64,000 nt of DNA, from assembly GCA_016188915.1 (NCBI GenBank), contig JACPGU010000001.1, forward strand, positions 34,111 to 98,110, given 5' to 3'. Source of the stretch: Candidatus Microgenomates bacterium. GTDB taxonomy: Bacteria > Patescibacteriota > JACPGU01. Position 1 is the first letter of the stretch; every line of letters begins with the position of its first letter. Below are positions 38,259-49,311 of the stretch, piece after piece. Below the pieces are notes generated by a model. The model made no database searches and was not told the DNA's origin. It was given only the letters and a program-made list of their open reading frames with translations. The translations under genes were made by a program, and so were the position numbers.

Positions 38259-39716
38259 TTATTTCTTTATCTTTTTATTTTTCCTATAATCTTCTTCTTC
38301 GGCCTTTCTTTCTTCTACCATATTGAAAACTCGTTCTGTTAATTCCTTTAGTTCTACGGTTTCTTGAATGCCATCACGCATATCACGAACCAGAGCTACA
38401 TTTGTCACGGCTTCTCTCTGTCCGATGATAACAGAAAAAAGAGCGTTTACTTTGTCGGCTGCTTTCATTTGCGCCTTGATTGTATCTTTGCCTACAGCCA
38501 TACCGACGGAAATACCTATCTTCCGCAGATTTTTTACTATTTGCAAAGCTATTTTTTTTGATTCTTCTCCCAGGTGAATAACATAGACATTGATTTTGGA
38601 TTTGGGCTTGGGAACTCTGATATTTTCTGTTTTGAGGTGTTCCACAATCCTGTCTATCCCCAGACCAAAACCGATAGCTGGAGTCATCTCGCCGCCCAAT
38701 TCTTCCACGAGACAGTCATAGCGTCCTCCCCCGCCCAAAGCGTTTTGTCTTTTGGTGTCATTCTTGGTGATTATTTCAAAAACTGTGCGATTATAATAAT
38801 CAAATCCACGGACGAGATTGGGAGCCAAATTATATGGCACACCCATCTCGTCTAGATATTCTAAGACAGACATAAAGTGTCCTTTGCAGTCTTCGCAAAT
38901 ATTTTCTATCATCAAAGGTGCGACTGCGATTAGTGCTTGGCATTTTTCATTTTTACAATCCAGAATACGCAAAGGATTTTTTTTCAATCTTTTTTTGCAA
39001 TCATCACAAAGTTTGCTCTCTTTTTTCTTAAAAAAATCTGTCAATATTTTTTTTATTCTTGGCCGACAGACAGAACAACCCATAGAATTAATGTTTATCT
39101 CGGCGCTGGTTATTCTCATATCTGTTAGCATTTGCCACGACACGCCGATAGTGTTGGCATCAATGGTAGGATCTGATTCTCCGAATATTTCTACCGAACA
39201 TTGCGTAAATTCGCGGAAACGTCCAGATTGAGGATTCTCGTGGCGAAAACAACGACCGATAGTGTAGAGAGAAACTGGCTTGGGCCAAACCTGCATGCCA
39301 TTTTCAATATAGGCTCGTACTATGCCAGCGGTTAATTCTGGTCGTAGAGCCAATTGAGACTGCTCTTCTTTGTCTTTTTTTCCACTTGTTCCCTTGTTTT
39401 TGCTACCATCAAAAACATACATTTCCTTGCTGACGACATCGGTTTCTTCGCCAACGCTACGCAGGAAAAGATCGGATTTTTCCAGCATAGGGACCTCTAT
39501 TTTTTCCAGCCCCGCTCCCTGGGCTACTGATTCAATAACGCTTATCGCGAAATCCCAGTAATGACTGTCTTCTGGTAAGATATCGCGAAATCCCTTGAGG
39601 CGGTTTATTGGTTGCATTTTAGGCATAAAAATATAACGGCAAATAGTAAATTTGGAGGCAATAAAAACAAACCTCTTCTTACTATTATACCGCACTCTGT
39701 CAAGAGCGAGTGGCAT
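38259..39716 (-). CDS. hisS: Histidyl-tRNA synthetase with a Cys-rich (zinc-ribbon-like) insertion; the start is probably an internal ATG (~39633).
   Basis: Class II motifs (RPELTAGIVRAY; FRHENPQSGRFREF; GGGRYD); anticodon-binding C-terminal domain. Confidence 0.8.
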   Translation of the reverse strand: MPLALDRVRYNSKKRFVFIASKFTICRYIFMPKMQPINRLKGFRDILPEDSHYWDFAISVIESVAQGAGLEKIEVPMLEKSDLFLRSVGEETDVVSKEMYVFDGSKNKGTSGKKDKEEQSQLALRPELTAGIVRAYIENGMQVWPKPVSLYTIGRCFRHENPQSGRFREFTQCSVEIFGESDPTIDANTIGVSWQMLTDMRITSAEININSMGCSVCRPRIKKILTDFFKKKESKLCDDCKKRLKKNPLRILDCKNEKCQALIAVAPLMIENICEDCKGHFMSVLEYLDEMGVPYNLAPNLVRGFDYYNRTVFEIITKNDTKRQNALGGGGRYDCLVEELGGEMTPAIGFGLGIDRIVEHLKTENIRVPKPKSKINVYVIHLGEESKKIALQIVKNLRKIGISVGMAVGKDTIKAQMKAADKVNALFSVIIGQREAVTNVALVRDMRDGIQETVELKELTERVFNMVEERKAEEEDYRKNKKIKK

Positions 39717-42213
39717 CCATTTTATTTCTGAGAATTTTTTTCTTTTCTAGGTTTAGACTGTCAGTTTTTGCATCTATTATGATATGATCACCAGAAATAA
39801 AGCGATCACCAATCAATTCTTCGGCTAATTTGTTTTCTATCTCTGCTTCTATCAAGCGACGGATCGGACGAGCGCCGTATTCCGGGTCAAATCCCCGATC
39901 AGCCAGCCATTTTTTAGCTTTGGCGGTGAATTCTAGGACAATACCTTTTTCCAGCAGGACTCTTTCCGCTAAAGTTTTCAGATTGATATTAACGATTTTG
40001 CCGATAGCAATACTATCTAATGGGCGAAAAACAACTATTTTGTCTACGCGATTGAGAAACTCCGGACTGAAATATTTTTTACTATCTGTCAAAACTTTGT
40101 TTTTCATTTGCTCGTAATCGCTCTCGGCCAAAGTTTTTTCTCGAGTTGTTTTGGCGGAAAATCCCATTGTAGCGGAACGGGACAAATCGGCCATTCCCAG
40201 GTTAGAAGTCATAATAATAATGGTGTTTTTGAAATCCACCTTGCGTCCTTTGGCATCAGTCAAATACCCATCTTCCAAAACTTGCAAAAGCATATTGAAA
40301 ACTTCGGGATGAGCTTTTTCTATTTCGTCAAACAGAACTACTGAATACGGTTTCTTACGGACTGCTTCGGTCAGTTTGCCCCCGTCGTCATAACCGACGT
40401 AACCTGCCGGTGCGCCGACAAGACGGCTGACATTATGTCGTTCCATGAATTCCGACATATCTATTTTGATTAGAGCATCCTCCCTCTCGTAAACTTCTTG
40501 AGCGAGGACTTTGGCTAATTCTGTTTTTCCCACTCCGGTTGGTCCTAGGAAAATAAAAGAACCGATTGGCCTGACGGGATTGCCCACGCCAGATCTACTT
40601 CTCCTGATAGCTCGGGCGATATTGATAATGGCTTCCTCTTGTCCGACGATTCGGCTCCCAAGAGTTTTTTCCAAAAAACTGAATTTATGGATTTCGGAAG
40701 AGATTAATTTGGTGATAGGGATACTGGTCCAATTACTGACTACGCGAGCGATGTCTTCCGTAGTAACTCGCGCTCTTTTTTCAGTTGGAATATCTTGTTT
40801 TTCCAAACGTAAGCGATCTAGCTCTTCTTTCAAAAATAATTCTTGGTCGCGTAACTGGGCGGCCATTTCAAAGGCTTGATCGGAAATAGCTTTATTTTTG
40901 CCCTTGATAGTTTCGACCAATCTGATCTCTAATTTTTTGACATCTTCGCTCTCCCCTACTTTTTCACGGATAACAACGGCTGAGCAGGCCTCATCCAGCA
41001 AATCAATAGCTTTGTCTGGCAGAAATCTATCGGCGATGTAGCGATGAGCAAGTTTGGCCGCAATCAAAAGAGCCTCTTCCTCTACCTTCACTTGGTGAAA
41101 ATCTTCATAGCGCGGAGCAATGCCTCGTAGAATAGCCACTGTTTCTTCCTGGCTTGGCTCTTCTACCAAAATGGGCTGAAAGCGTCTCTCAAAAGCGGCG
41201 TCTTTTTCAATATATTTACGATATTCATTGATGGTAGTGGCTCCGATACAGGATATTTTGCCACGAGAAAGAGCCGGTTTTAGCATATTACTAGCATCCA
41301 TTGACCCTTCTGCCGCGCCTGCTCCGACGATGGTATGCAATTCGTCAATAAAAAGAATAATGTTTTTGTCTTTTTCTACCTCGGCCAGCAACTTTTTTAT
41401 TCTTTCCTCAAATTCACCCCTAAATTTCGTGCCGGCGACCATGGCGCCCAGGTCGATAGAATAAATTTTTTTACCTTTTAGTTTGATCGGCACCTCCCCG
41501 AAAGCTATTTTGGCGGCCAATCCTTCTACAATGGCGGTTTTGCCTACGCCCGGATCGCCGATTAGAACAGGGTTGTTTTTAGTTTTGCGCGTTAAAATAT
41601 GAGTTAGGCGCGATATTTCTTTTTCACGACCGATGGTGGGATCGAGTTTTGTACCCTCGGCCTCTGCTGTCAAATCAATAGCATAAGCGTTCAACATAGA
41701 ATTAGTTTTATTTTTGACAGTACGGCCGGCAGTTACCTCTTGCTCTTTTGGTTTTTCAGGCATTTGCGCGGTGGACATAACAAAGATATGTTCAATTTGC
41801 TGAATAATGGTGGCTGGATTAACATCAATATTCTGGATTAAAGCGTAGGCTCTGAAATCAGAATTAGACAAAATACCAAAAAGCAGATGTTCACTGCCAA
41901 CATAAAAATGCTCATTTTGTCGCGCTACAACGATGGCTTTTTCTAGAGCTTGCCTCAAATCATGAGAAAGCCCGTTTTTCTGTAAATCCATTGAGCCATG
42001 CCACATCAAATTCATGGCAATTTCTATTCTTTCAAAATCTATTCCAAAACTAGATAATATTTCGTAGGCCACACCAATTTTTTCCGCTAAAATAGCGAGT
42101 AATACATGCTCGGTGCTGACAGCGCCAGAATTCATATCTTGAGCAATAGTCTGCGAAAGACTCAAAATTTTTTTAGCGTTGTAGGTGAAACGGTCAAAGC
42201 CAAATTCATTCAT
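39700..42213 (-). CDS. clpC: ATP-dependent Clp chaperone ClpC (two AAA+ modules, Clp_N repeats).
   Basis: Two Walker A sites ([13 protein letters not shown]; [12 protein letters not shown]); N-terminal Clp repeats; 837 aa. Confidence 0.85.
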   Translation of the reverse strand: MNEFGFDRFTYNAKKILSLSQTIAQDMNSGAVSTEHVLLAILAEKIGVAYEILSSFGIDFERIEIAMNLMWHGSMDLQKNGLSHDLRQALEKAIVVARQNEHFYVGSEHLLFGILSNSDFRAYALIQNIDVNPATIIQQIEHIFVMSTAQMPEKPKEQEVTAGRTVKNKTNSMLNAYAIDLTAEAEGTKLDPTIGREKEISRLTHILTRKTKNNPVLIGDPGVGKTAIVEGLAAKIAFGEVPIKLKGKKIYSIDLGAMVAGTKFRGEFEERIKKLLAEVEKDKNIILFIDELHTIVGAGAAEGSMDASNMLKPALSRGKISCIGATTINEYRKYIEKDAAFERRFQPILVEEPSQEETVAILRGIAPRYEDFHQVKVEEEALLIAAKLAHRYIADRFLPDKAIDLLDEACSAVVIREKVGESEDVKKLEIRLVETIKGKNKAISDQAFEMAAQLRDQELFLKEELDRLRLEKQDIPTEKRARVTTEDIARVVSNWTSIPITKLISSEIHKFSFLEKTLGSRIVGQEEAIINIARAIRRSRSGVGNPVRPIGSFIFLGPTGVGKTELAKVLAQEVYEREDALIKIDMSEFMERHNVSRLVGAPAGYVGYDDGGKLTEAVRKKPYSVVLFDEIEKAHPEVFNMLLQVLEDGYLTDAKGRKVDFKNTIIIMTSNLGMADLSRSATMGFSAKTTREKTLAESDYEQMKNKVLTDSKKYFSPEFLNRVDKIVVFRPLDSIAIGKIVNINLKTLAERVLLEKGIVLEFTAKAKKWLADRGFDPEYGARPIRRLIEAEIENKLAEELIGDRFISGDHIIIDAKTDSLNLEKKKILRNKMDATRS

Positions 42214-42216
42214 GGC

Positions 42217-42248
42217 GAGTATTAAGTATTATGTATTAAGTATTGAGC
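42217..42248 (-). promoter_or_regulatory. TTAATAC heptad array immediately 5' of the clpC start codon.
   Basis: Minus strand reads CTCAATACTTAATACATAATACTTAATACTCGCC-ATG. Confidence 0.45.
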
Positions 42249-42450
42249 ATATGGCGATAAAAGTCCATACTCCAAATGTGCATATTGGCACTCTAAATAT
42301 CCGAGTGCTAATATTATTATATTGCTCCCGCAAAAAGCTGTCAAGATGGCGGAGGGTCACCGTAAAATTTCCCAAAAATATAGTCCTTTGGACTGATTCT
42401 CGCCTACTTAATTGATGGGTGGGGGTTTTTATTTTACTATAACAAAAAAA

Positions 42451-42479
42451 TAGTCCGCCTCGTGCTATGAGGCGGACTA
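42451..42479 (-). terminator. Rho-independent terminator (tagtccgcctc gtgctatg aggcggacta) 3' of gene 42512..43414.
   Basis: Perfect 11-bp stem with a T-run on the minus strand. Confidence 0.65.
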
Positions 42480-42511
42480 TCGAGATTCCCTGTAAATGGA
42501 AACCGTTTGGC

Positions 42512-43414
42512 TTACTGTTTTGTTGATGTTAGCCAAAGGGCATCTTTTTGGCTAAAGATTCGCAAGGTCAGGTTCCTTAAGGAGTCAATAAAGTGGTCGC
42601 CGTAAGACAATTCCCAGACGCCAGGGTGGTCAGGGACGTTGGAAAAGGCTCCAAAATCGCTATTCTCCTTTTTTTCATAGCGAAGGTGATGCTTCAAGAA
42701 ATTAGCTTCTTCTGTGGTCAGCGTCTTTTTTTCGTCGTGCCACGCTACCTGTTCTCTCCATGTCCCCACGCCATAGTTAAGAAGGAAAAGAGCGCTGTCC
42801 CCTGAAGAATGGAGATGAACTGTTATCGCGTCACTGTAGCTTTTTTGTGGCGAGCCGATTACTTCTATCGGTTTGTCAAAAGGCTGTCCCCAGAAGGAGG
42901 GAGTATTAGTATCGGCATCTATTGCCAAGAGGCATCCCCTTTTGCCATCCGAGCAACAGACGATAATACGGCGCCATTCCACCCACGCTCCCGTCACCGT
43001 AAACGGACCCTTTTTGCCCTTATGGTCGATCTCTATCGGCCAGGCTTTGAAGGGCAACCTTTCGCGACAAAAGCCATTGTGGATAATGCCATTGACGATG
43101 GCTTCTATTCCCGTCGCTCTTGCCATCGGGTTTTTGTGCCGGATACACATTTCAACAAAAGCCTTGACGAGAAGATGCCTTTTGGCTGCCAGCTTGACGT
43201 AGCGTTCCGCTTTCAGCGTTTTCGGCTCCGGACACTGATGCGTGAAGACTCGAGGAGTATAGGGGAAAGTTGCTTCCGACAAAGCGTCAGTGTTGTCCAA
43301 AAGAAAGTCAACGAAATCCTTCACTTCCTCCCCATAGATGTTGGCTAATGCCCCCATTAGTCTTACCCCATACTTTGCGTCAAAATACAGATACAAATCA
43401 TCAAATGCAGACAT
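42512..43414 (-). CDS. Hypothetical protein (300 aa), Cys/His-rich, in a locally GC-rich island.
   Basis: ORF with its own terminator. GC is visibly higher than in flanking DNA. Confidence 0.45.
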   Translation of the reverse strand: MSAFDDLYLYFDAKYGVRLMGALANIYGEEVKDFVDFLLDNTDALSEATFPYTPRVFTHQCPEPKTLKAERYVKLAAKRHLLVKAFVEMCIRHKNPMARATGIEAIVNGIIHNGFCRERLPFKAWPIEIDHKGKKGPFTVTGAWVEWRRIIVCCSDGKRGCLLAIDADTNTPSFWGQPFDKPIEVIGSPQKSYSDAITVHLHSSGDSALFLLNYGVGTWREQVAWHDEKKTLTTEEANFLKHHLRYEKKENSDFGAFSNVPDHPGVWELSYGDHFIDSLRNLTLRIFSQKDALWLTSTKQ

Positions 43415-43535
43415 CGCTGCACCTCCTGAAGTTTTGTCCGGCTCTCCATGCCGGTCGGGCCGTTTTTAACGTGCTGATAATACTCTAGCATATTGAAAAG
43501 AAAATGACAATTTGACGCATTTTTTTGCGGGAGGG

Positions 43536-44153
43536 TCAATCGTTAATGAGTGTTTTCAATTTTTCAAAATCACGGAAGAGATCTTCTCTGGTAGCGCGGT
43601 TGTAAATAGTGGCGGCGGGGTGGTAGAGGGGGAGGATTTTAATTTTTCCGTAGGGCGCTTCGACTTCAAAAACCTGCCCGTGGATTTTGGAAATAGCGCG
43701 CAGATCAGTGCCACGATTGAATTTTTTCATAATATAATCCATAGAAAACCGTCCCAAAGTAGCGATAACATGGGGTTGGATTATCTCAATTTGCCGGTCA
43801 AGGAAGGGGCTATAAAGCAAGATTTCGTCTAGTTCCGGATCGCGATTGCCCGGCGGTCGGTCTTTGACGATATTGGTGACATAGGCATCGAGGCGAGGCA
43901 TGCCAATATGCGCGAAGCACTCGTCTAATACTCGGCCGGAAGCGCCACAAAAAGGTTTGCCGGTTTTTGCCTCCGTCTCGCCAGGCGCTTCACCGACGAA
44001 CATCACCCGCGCGAAATGACTCCCCTCCCCCACCACGGGGAAATAACCGTTTTTCGTCCGGTATTCAAAAAGCGGCGAAGTGGCAAATCCCACCAGTTCA
44101 TCGCGGATAGCCTTCATCGCCTCAAATCTTTTTTGTTTTTCTTCTTGATCCAT
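43536..44153 (-). CDS. Uracil-DNA glycosylase, family 4.
   Basis: GEAPGETE...GKPFCGASG motif. Confidence 0.8.
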   Translation of the reverse strand: MDQEEKQKRFEAMKAIRDELVGFATSPLFEYRTKNGYFPVVGEGSHFARVMFVGEAPGETEAKTGKPFCGASGRVLDECFAHIGMPRLDAYVTNIVKDRPPGNRDPELDEILLYSPFLDRQIEIIQPHVIATLGRFSMDYIMKKFNRGTDLRAISKIHGQVFEVEAPYGKIKILPLYHPAATIYNRATREDLFRDFEKLKTLIND

Positions 44154-44219
44154 ATGATTATTCTAGCACAAAAAACAAAAATCACCCTAGCTCAAGAGTG
44201 ATTTTTGTTTAAAATATCT

Positions 44220-45437
44220 TTATTCGGTCGGAAGGTTGGTCTCGCTATTCTCCTCACTGGCGTCCTTTTTTTTCTTGGTTTTTTTCTCCTTCGGTTCTTT
44301 TTCGATTTTTTCTTTCTTTGCCTTTTTCACTTTTTTCTTTTCCCCCTCTTCCCCTTCGGTTGCTTCGCCCACCGGATTTTCTTTTTTCTCTACTTTTACC
44401 GGCTTTTGCGCGACATCCAGCACATCTATCTTCCAATCAGAGAGTTTGGCGGCCAGGCGAACATTTTGACCACTTTTACCGATAGCCAAAGACAGTTGGT
44501 CGGATTCCACATAGACAATAGCCTCTTTTCTTTTTTTGTCCAATTTCACTTCTGCGATTTTGGCCGGAGACAAAGCATTCGTGATATAGGCCTCTTCATT
44601 GCCGTCCCAAAGTACAATATCTATTTTCTCATTGTTTAGTTCTCCCAGGACCGCCTGAACACGCGTACCCCTTTGTCCTACGCATGAACCGACGGGGTCT
44701 ACTCCTTCTTGCAAAGCTCTCACAGCTATTTTGGTTCTGATGCCTGCCTCTCTAGCGATGCCCATTATCTCTACCGTGCCGGCCTCTATCTCTGGCACTT
44801 CAACCATAAAAAGATAACGAATCAGATCTGGATGGGCACGAGAGACGACAATCTGTGGACCGCGGTTATTTTTTTCTACCGAGGCAATGATCACTTTTAT
44901 CCTTTGGCCGGTGCGATAATGCTCGCCTACTATTTGATCGGCCGGAAACATAATGCCATTAGCCCGACCCAGATCAACGATGACATTACCCATATCTACT
45001 TGCTGAACTACGCCGTTGACCAATTTTCCTTCCTGTGATTTGAATTCATCAAAAACAATTTCGCGTTCTAGTTCTTTCAGCTTTTGGATAATTACTTGTT
45101 TAGCAGTTTGAGCGGCAATGCGACCAAAATCTTCATGAGATGGCAAATCGTAACTTATCTCTCCTTCTAGCTCTGCTTTTTTATCCATTTTTTTAGCTTC
45201 TTTTAGGGATATCTCGCAATTTTCGTCAGCTACTGCTTCCACTATTTTTTTTACCTGCCAAAATTTCATTAGCCCCTTTTCTGGGTCTATTTTGCAGCGG
45301 ATAATCTGGGTCGGCTTGCCATAATCTTTCCTGTACGCCGCTCCCAGCGCCGCTTCTACGGCCTCCAAGATAGCCTCTTTGCTAATCTTTTTCTCATCGG
45401 CCAGATGTTCGAGAGCCAAGATGAATTCTGCGTTCAT
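44220..45437 (-). CDS. nusA: Transcription termination factor NusA with a Lys/Glu-rich C-terminal tail.
   Basis: S1 and KH domain pattern; N-terminal MNAEFILALEHLADEKKISKEAI. Confidence 0.85.
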   Translation of the reverse strand: MNAEFILALEHLADEKKISKEAILEAVEAALGAAYRKDYGKPTQIIRCKIDPEKGLMKFWQVKKIVEAVADENCEISLKEAKKMDKKAELEGEISYDLPSHEDFGRIAAQTAKQVIIQKLKELEREIVFDEFKSQEGKLVNGVVQQVDMGNVIVDLGRANGIMFPADQIVGEHYRTGQRIKVIIASVEKNNRGPQIVVSRAHPDLIRYLFMVEVPEIEAGTVEIMGIAREAGIRTKIAVRALQEGVDPVGSCVGQRGTRVQAVLGELNNEKIDIVLWDGNEEAYITNALSPAKIAEVKLDKKRKEAIVYVESDQLSLAIGKSGQNVRLAAKLSDWKIDVLDVAQKPVKVEKKENPVGEATEGEEGEKKKVKKAKKEKIEKEPKEKKTKKKKDASEENSETNLPTE

Positions 45438-45450
45438 GGGTTTGGGTTAG

Positions 45451-45472
45451 TATTAAGTATTAAGTATTAAGA
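45451..45472 (-). promoter_or_regulatory. TTAATAC heptad array (x3) 5' of the nusA start codon.
   Basis: Minus strand reads CTTAATACTTAATACTTAATACTAACCCAAACCC-ATG. Confidence 0.45.
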
Positions 45473-45583
45473 AGGTTCGGCAATAAAAAAATAGAGTATA
45501 AATACTCTATTCTTACTTCGAATTATAACAAATCATTTTTTGTTTGTCAAATGAAAATACTCTCCGAGCTAACGAAGAGTATT

Positions 45584-45916
45584 TTAGAGGTCGGGATATT
45601 TGTTGAAAGCGTGGAAAATCACACCCCTGCGCGTTTTTACATCGTATTTGGCGTGGTAGAAATTGTCGTGTCGCCCGCCACAGATGGAAAAGATGATGGT
45701 CCTTGAGGGATTGCTCTTTGGCAACCCCTTTTCCCGTAAGACAGAAGTGAGTATAACTCTTATCTCGCCAATGCCTTCAAGAGCGAAGAAAACTTCTGCA
45801 TCTTCCGCCAGTTCTTCTCCTGGACCATCAGTTATCGCAATACTTTTTTTACGAAGCAATTCGTTAACAGCATCTGGGCTTTCGATTATATGGAGAAAAC
45901 TTTCCGTAGTAGGCAT
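45584..45916 (-). CDS. Hypothetical protein (110 aa) upstream of nusA.
   Basis: ORF only; no RimP signature recognised. Confidence 0.4.
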   Translation of the reverse strand: MPTTESFLHIIESPDAVNELLRKKSIAITDGPGEELAEDAEVFFALEGIGEIRVILTSVLREKGLPKSNPSRTIIFSICGGRHDNFYHAKYDVKTRRGVIFHAFNKYPDL

Positions 45917-45937
45917 TTTAAGGATCTCCTTGAATTT

Positions 45938-46765
45938 TTACCCCTGTCGGAAGACTAGGCAGACGAATTTTACCGTAGCGTTGTAGATTCGTAAAGCTCT
46001 TTTTGGTTCAAGAATCAATCGCCAGAGCCATTCCAGCCCCAATTTTTGGAAAAATTTTGGCGCTCTTTTGGCGCGCCCCGCGATGAAATCAAAGGATCCC
46101 CCGACTCCGATAGCAACAGAAACTTTAAGGTTTCGGAGGTTTTGACTGATAAAAATTTCTTGTCTCGGTGATCCAAAAGCAACAAAAAGTATATCTGGTT
46201 TGGTTTCGGCTATTTTTTTTACCAATCCTTTTTCTTGTGGAAATCCAGCATAGGCTCCAACTATTTTTAAATTCGGATAGGCAGAAATCATTTTTTGCGC
46301 TGTTTTTTTAGCTATTCCCTCGCCCGCTCCCAGTAAATAAATACCCCAGCTTTTTTTTTCTGCTAATTCTGCTATTTTCCATACCAAATCAACTCCCGTC
46401 ACTCGTTCGGGGATTTCTGATAGCAACCATTTTTTAGCAAAAATGATAGATAAAAGGGTGATTTTTAGCCAAAAAACATTGGATAAAAAACGCGAAGCGC
46501 CACTATATTTTTCACTTTTTATTTTTCTACTTAGATACTTTGCCGCCCACGCTATCCCTACTCCATCGGCTGTATTAAGAGCGCTTTCTTGCAGGATTTT
46601 TTTAAACCTTTCATTTTTTTGTGTCTCAATAATAATTTCCGGATTGACCGTGCATATTTGGCGCGGTTTTTTTGATGCCACAAAATCCTCTATCTTTCGC
46701 AGAGTTTGCTCAGTGGTCAAAACGTCAATCGGAATGTCTAAAATGTCTATTTTTTTATAATTCAT
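45938..46765 (-). CDS. WecB/TagA/CpsF family glycosyltransferase.
   Basis: ...ALNTADGVGIAWAAK...GVDLVWKIAE...FVAFGSPRQE pattern. Confidence 0.65.
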   Translation of the reverse strand: MNYKKIDILDIPIDVLTTEQTLRKIEDFVASKKPRQICTVNPEIIIETQKNERFKKILQESALNTADGVGIAWAAKYLSRKIKSEKYSGASRFLSNVFWLKITLLSIIFAKKWLLSEIPERVTGVDLVWKIAELAEKKSWGIYLLGAGEGIAKKTAQKMISAYPNLKIVGAYAGFPQEKGLVKKIAETKPDILFVAFGSPRQEIFISQNLRNLKVSVAIGVGGSFDFIAGRAKRAPKFFQKLGLEWLWRLILEPKRALRIYNATVKFVCLVFRQG

Positions 46766-47310
46766 ATTTTGATCTTAAAATTCCACAGCCATTCAACTGA
46801 CTCTCCGGCATAATTTACTCCTACTCTTCTTGAGGCTATTATATCATTTTTTTTGATTTTTATCCTACCTTCCTCTGCCCAAATCCTTTTGCTGGTTGCT
46901 AGATTTTCTCCATAAAAACTTTTGTCTATTTTTAATTCTCGACAAACCTTCCCCGGCCCGGAAATTGTTTCAGATTTCGCGCTTCGAATTTCTTGTTCGA
47001 GTTTTATCGCTCGAACGAGCACTGCCGCTGGAAAGCCTTCTCTCATCGTTACAAAATTCAGACAATAGTGCATGCCGTAAACCAAGTAAACATAAACTAG
47101 CCCTGGATGGTCGAACATTATTTTGTTGCGTTCGGTCTTTTTGCGCGAAGCGTGCGAGGCACGATCGTTAAGGCCGTGGTAAGCTTCCGTTTCGGTGATG
47201 ATGGCCTCTATCCTCACGCCATTATCAAAAACCCGGACAATTTTTTTGCCGAGAAGATTTTTCGCTACTGCGATAGTATTTTTATCAAAAAAAGACTTCT
47301 TCAGTCTCAT
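46762..47310 (-). CDS. 3-methyladenine DNA glycosylase (Mpg/AAG family).
   Basis: LGKKIV...ETEAYHG...D.ASHA...PG.VYVYLVYGMHYCLN... pattern. Confidence 0.8.
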   Translation of the reverse strand: MRLKKSFFDKNTIAVAKNLLGKKIVRVFDNGVRIEAIITETEAYHGLNDRASHASRKKTERNKIMFDHPGLVYVYLVYGMHYCLNFVTMREGFPAAVLVRAIKLEQEIRSAKSETISGPGKVCRELKIDKSFYGENLATSKRIWAEEGRIKIKKNDIIASRRVGVNYAGESVEWLWNFKIKI

Positions 47311-47323
47311 GGCAACAATTTCG

Positions 47324-47358
47324 TTAGAAATTAGGAATTAGGTCAATTAGAAATTTTT
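47324..47358. promoter_or_regulatory. TTAGAAA/TTAGGTCAA heptad array 14-48 nt upstream of the glycosylase start (contains TTGACC on the minus strand).
   Basis: TTAGAAATTAGGAATTAGGTCAATTAGAAATT; same family as the arrays at 28099 and 33209. Confidence 0.4.
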
Positions 47359-47363
47359 GGAGA

Positions 47364-47708
47364 TTATTTGATCTCCACCTTGTGCCCATCCCAAACACTA
47401 GATCTTTTTTTTCTCAGAAATCGCCATTCTTTAACGATCAAGTTCATTATTGGTCCGCCCTCCCAAATGAAAAATTCTATAAAAACCATCAAAATTATAC
47501 CCAAAACATAGGGGGCGACAACAAGACCAAAATTACCAAACCATGCCGAAAGAGGCCAAGCAATAGATGTCCCCATCAAAAGTCCGGTAAAAATTCCTAT
47601 TATTCCATAAAATAAATACCTCGGCGCAATCTTAAAATACTTGCGAATAAACAAGTACGAGATAACCGTGGTCAGAATTATGATGATAGCGAAACTTCTT
47701 TTGTCCAT
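47364..47708 (-). CDS. Small integral membrane protein (3-4 TM helices).
   Basis: Hydrophobic ORF. Confidence 0.45.
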   Translation of the reverse strand: MDKRSFAIIIILTTVISYLFIRKYFKIAPRYLFYGIIGIFTGLLMGTSIAWPLSAWFGNFGLVVAPYVLGIILMVFIEFFIWEGGPIMNLIVKEWRFLRKKRSSVWDGHKVEIK

Positions 47709-47731
47709 GAAATAACGCTTACCGCTTACCG

Positions 47732-49102
47732 TTAAACGCTTTTACCGACGATCTCTTTCAGTGTTTTTGTCTCAATGACTTTTGCCTTGCTTTTAATACT
47801 GACACTCTTCGCCATTCTTGGCAAGACGATAGTTTGAAATCCCAAACGAGTCGCCTCTTCAATTCTTTTCTCTAGATTTGGCACCGAACGCACTTCGCCA
47901 GACAATCCCAGTTCCCCAAAAATAGCGGTCTTACTGTCCAACGCTTTATTTTTCACTGCTGAAATTATTGCTAGTGCCACCGCCAGATCCACTGCGTTTT
48001 CCCGCACCTTGATCCCGCCAACGATATTCAAATAAACATCATGGGTGGACAAATCTACCCCCGCTCTTTTTTCGATAATCGCGATCAGGAGATTCAAGCG
48101 GTTCAAGTCATATCCCGAGGCTGTTCTTTTGGGATAACCGAAATAACTTTTGGCCGCCAAAGCTTGAATCTCTACGAGAAAAGGTCGATTGCCCTCAACT
48201 ATCGCCGATACCGCTACGCCAGAGGCGCCCTCCAGCCTTTCCTCCAAGAAAACTTTGGAAGGATTGGCCACCTCCACCATTCCCTCTTGCTCCATCTCAA
48301 ATATTCCCACTTCGGAAGTTTTGCCAAATCTATTTTTTATCCCTCGTAAGATGCGAAAAGATTGATAACGGTCGCCTTCCAAATACAAGACAACATCGAC
48401 CAAATGTTCCAAAGTTTTTGGTCCCGCGATTCCCCCGTCTTTGGTTACGTGGCCGATAATAAAAATGGGCGTATTGGTCGTTTTGGCGATTCTCATCAGA
48501 TTTTCTGTCGCATTTTTCACCTGCGCGATAGAACCGGAAGCGGAAGCGATATTGGCCGAATAGACCGTTTGAATAGAATCCACAATGACCAGATTGGGCT
48601 TTTCTGTCTCTATCGTGGCCACAATATTTCCCAAATCGTTTTCAGAAAGCAAGAAAATTTTCTCCTCTTTGATCTTCAATCTTTCCGCTCGCAGTTTTAT
48701 CTGTTGCGCCGATTCTTCCCCGGAAATATAGAGAATTTTTTCAATATCTTTATTTTTGGAAATGCCGACCAAAGATTGTAAGAGTAGGGTTGATTTGCCG
48801 ATCCCCGGATCGCCTCCGAGCAGGACGAGCGATCCTAGCACCACTCCCCCGCCGAGGACGCGATCGAATTCACCGATATTGGTTTTTATCCTCTCAAAAT
48901 TCTTGCTATCTACTTTGTCCAGAGAAATAAGTGGCGAAGCCCTACCTCCACTTTCCACTTTCCACTTTCCACTTTTCCCTGTCGCGACAACAGGAACTTC
49001 CTGCAAGGAATCCCAGTTTTGGCAAGCTCCACATTTCCCCTGCCATCGGACATACTCCGCCCCGCAGGAATTACAGACAAATTTTGAACTAGCCTTTGGC
49101 AT
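47732..49102 (-). CDS. radA: DNA repair protein RadA/Sms.
   Basis: N-terminal CxxC-x-CxxC zinc ribbon, Walker A GDPGIGKSTLLLQ, KNRFG motif, Lon-like C-terminal domain. Confidence 0.9.
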   Translation of the reverse strand: MPKASSKFVCNSCGAEYVRWQGKCGACQNWDSLQEVPVVATGKSGKWKVESGGRASPLISLDKVDSKNFERIKTNIGEFDRVLGGGVVLGSLVLLGGDPGIGKSTLLLQSLVGISKNKDIEKILYISGEESAQQIKLRAERLKIKEEKIFLLSENDLGNIVATIETEKPNLVIVDSIQTVYSANIASASGSIAQVKNATENLMRIAKTTNTPIFIIGHVTKDGGIAGPKTLEHLVDVVLYLEGDRYQSFRILRGIKNRFGKTSEVGIFEMEQEGMVEVANPSKVFLEERLEGASGVAVSAIVEGNRPFLVEIQALAAKSYFGYPKRTASGYDLNRLNLLIAIIEKRAGVDLSTHDVYLNIVGGIKVRENAVDLAVALAIISAVKNKALDSKTAIFGELGLSGEVRSVPNLEKRIEEATRLGFQTIVLPRMAKSVSIKSKAKVIETKTLKEIVGKSV

Positions 49103-49311
49103 TTTAATTTCTTATTTTTCGCACTCCTTAATTTTTCTGCAATAGTTTTGTGCGACCCGCCGTAGCGCAATCTATTTGCAAATTCCTGATATTCAGGATA
49201 TTGCAAGAGATTAAGCGAAGGAGGGCTTAATTTCTTATTTTCTTAGCCTCTATTTTATGCTAAAATATCCCCAGATGAAAGAGCGAGGTTTTGCTCTTTT
49301 AAAATCAAATA

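Noticed and set aside
45584-45916. Expected rimP upstream of nusA.
   Set aside because: The 110-aa protein does not show the RimP N/C-domain pattern. Left as hypothetical rather than forcing the synteny-based name.
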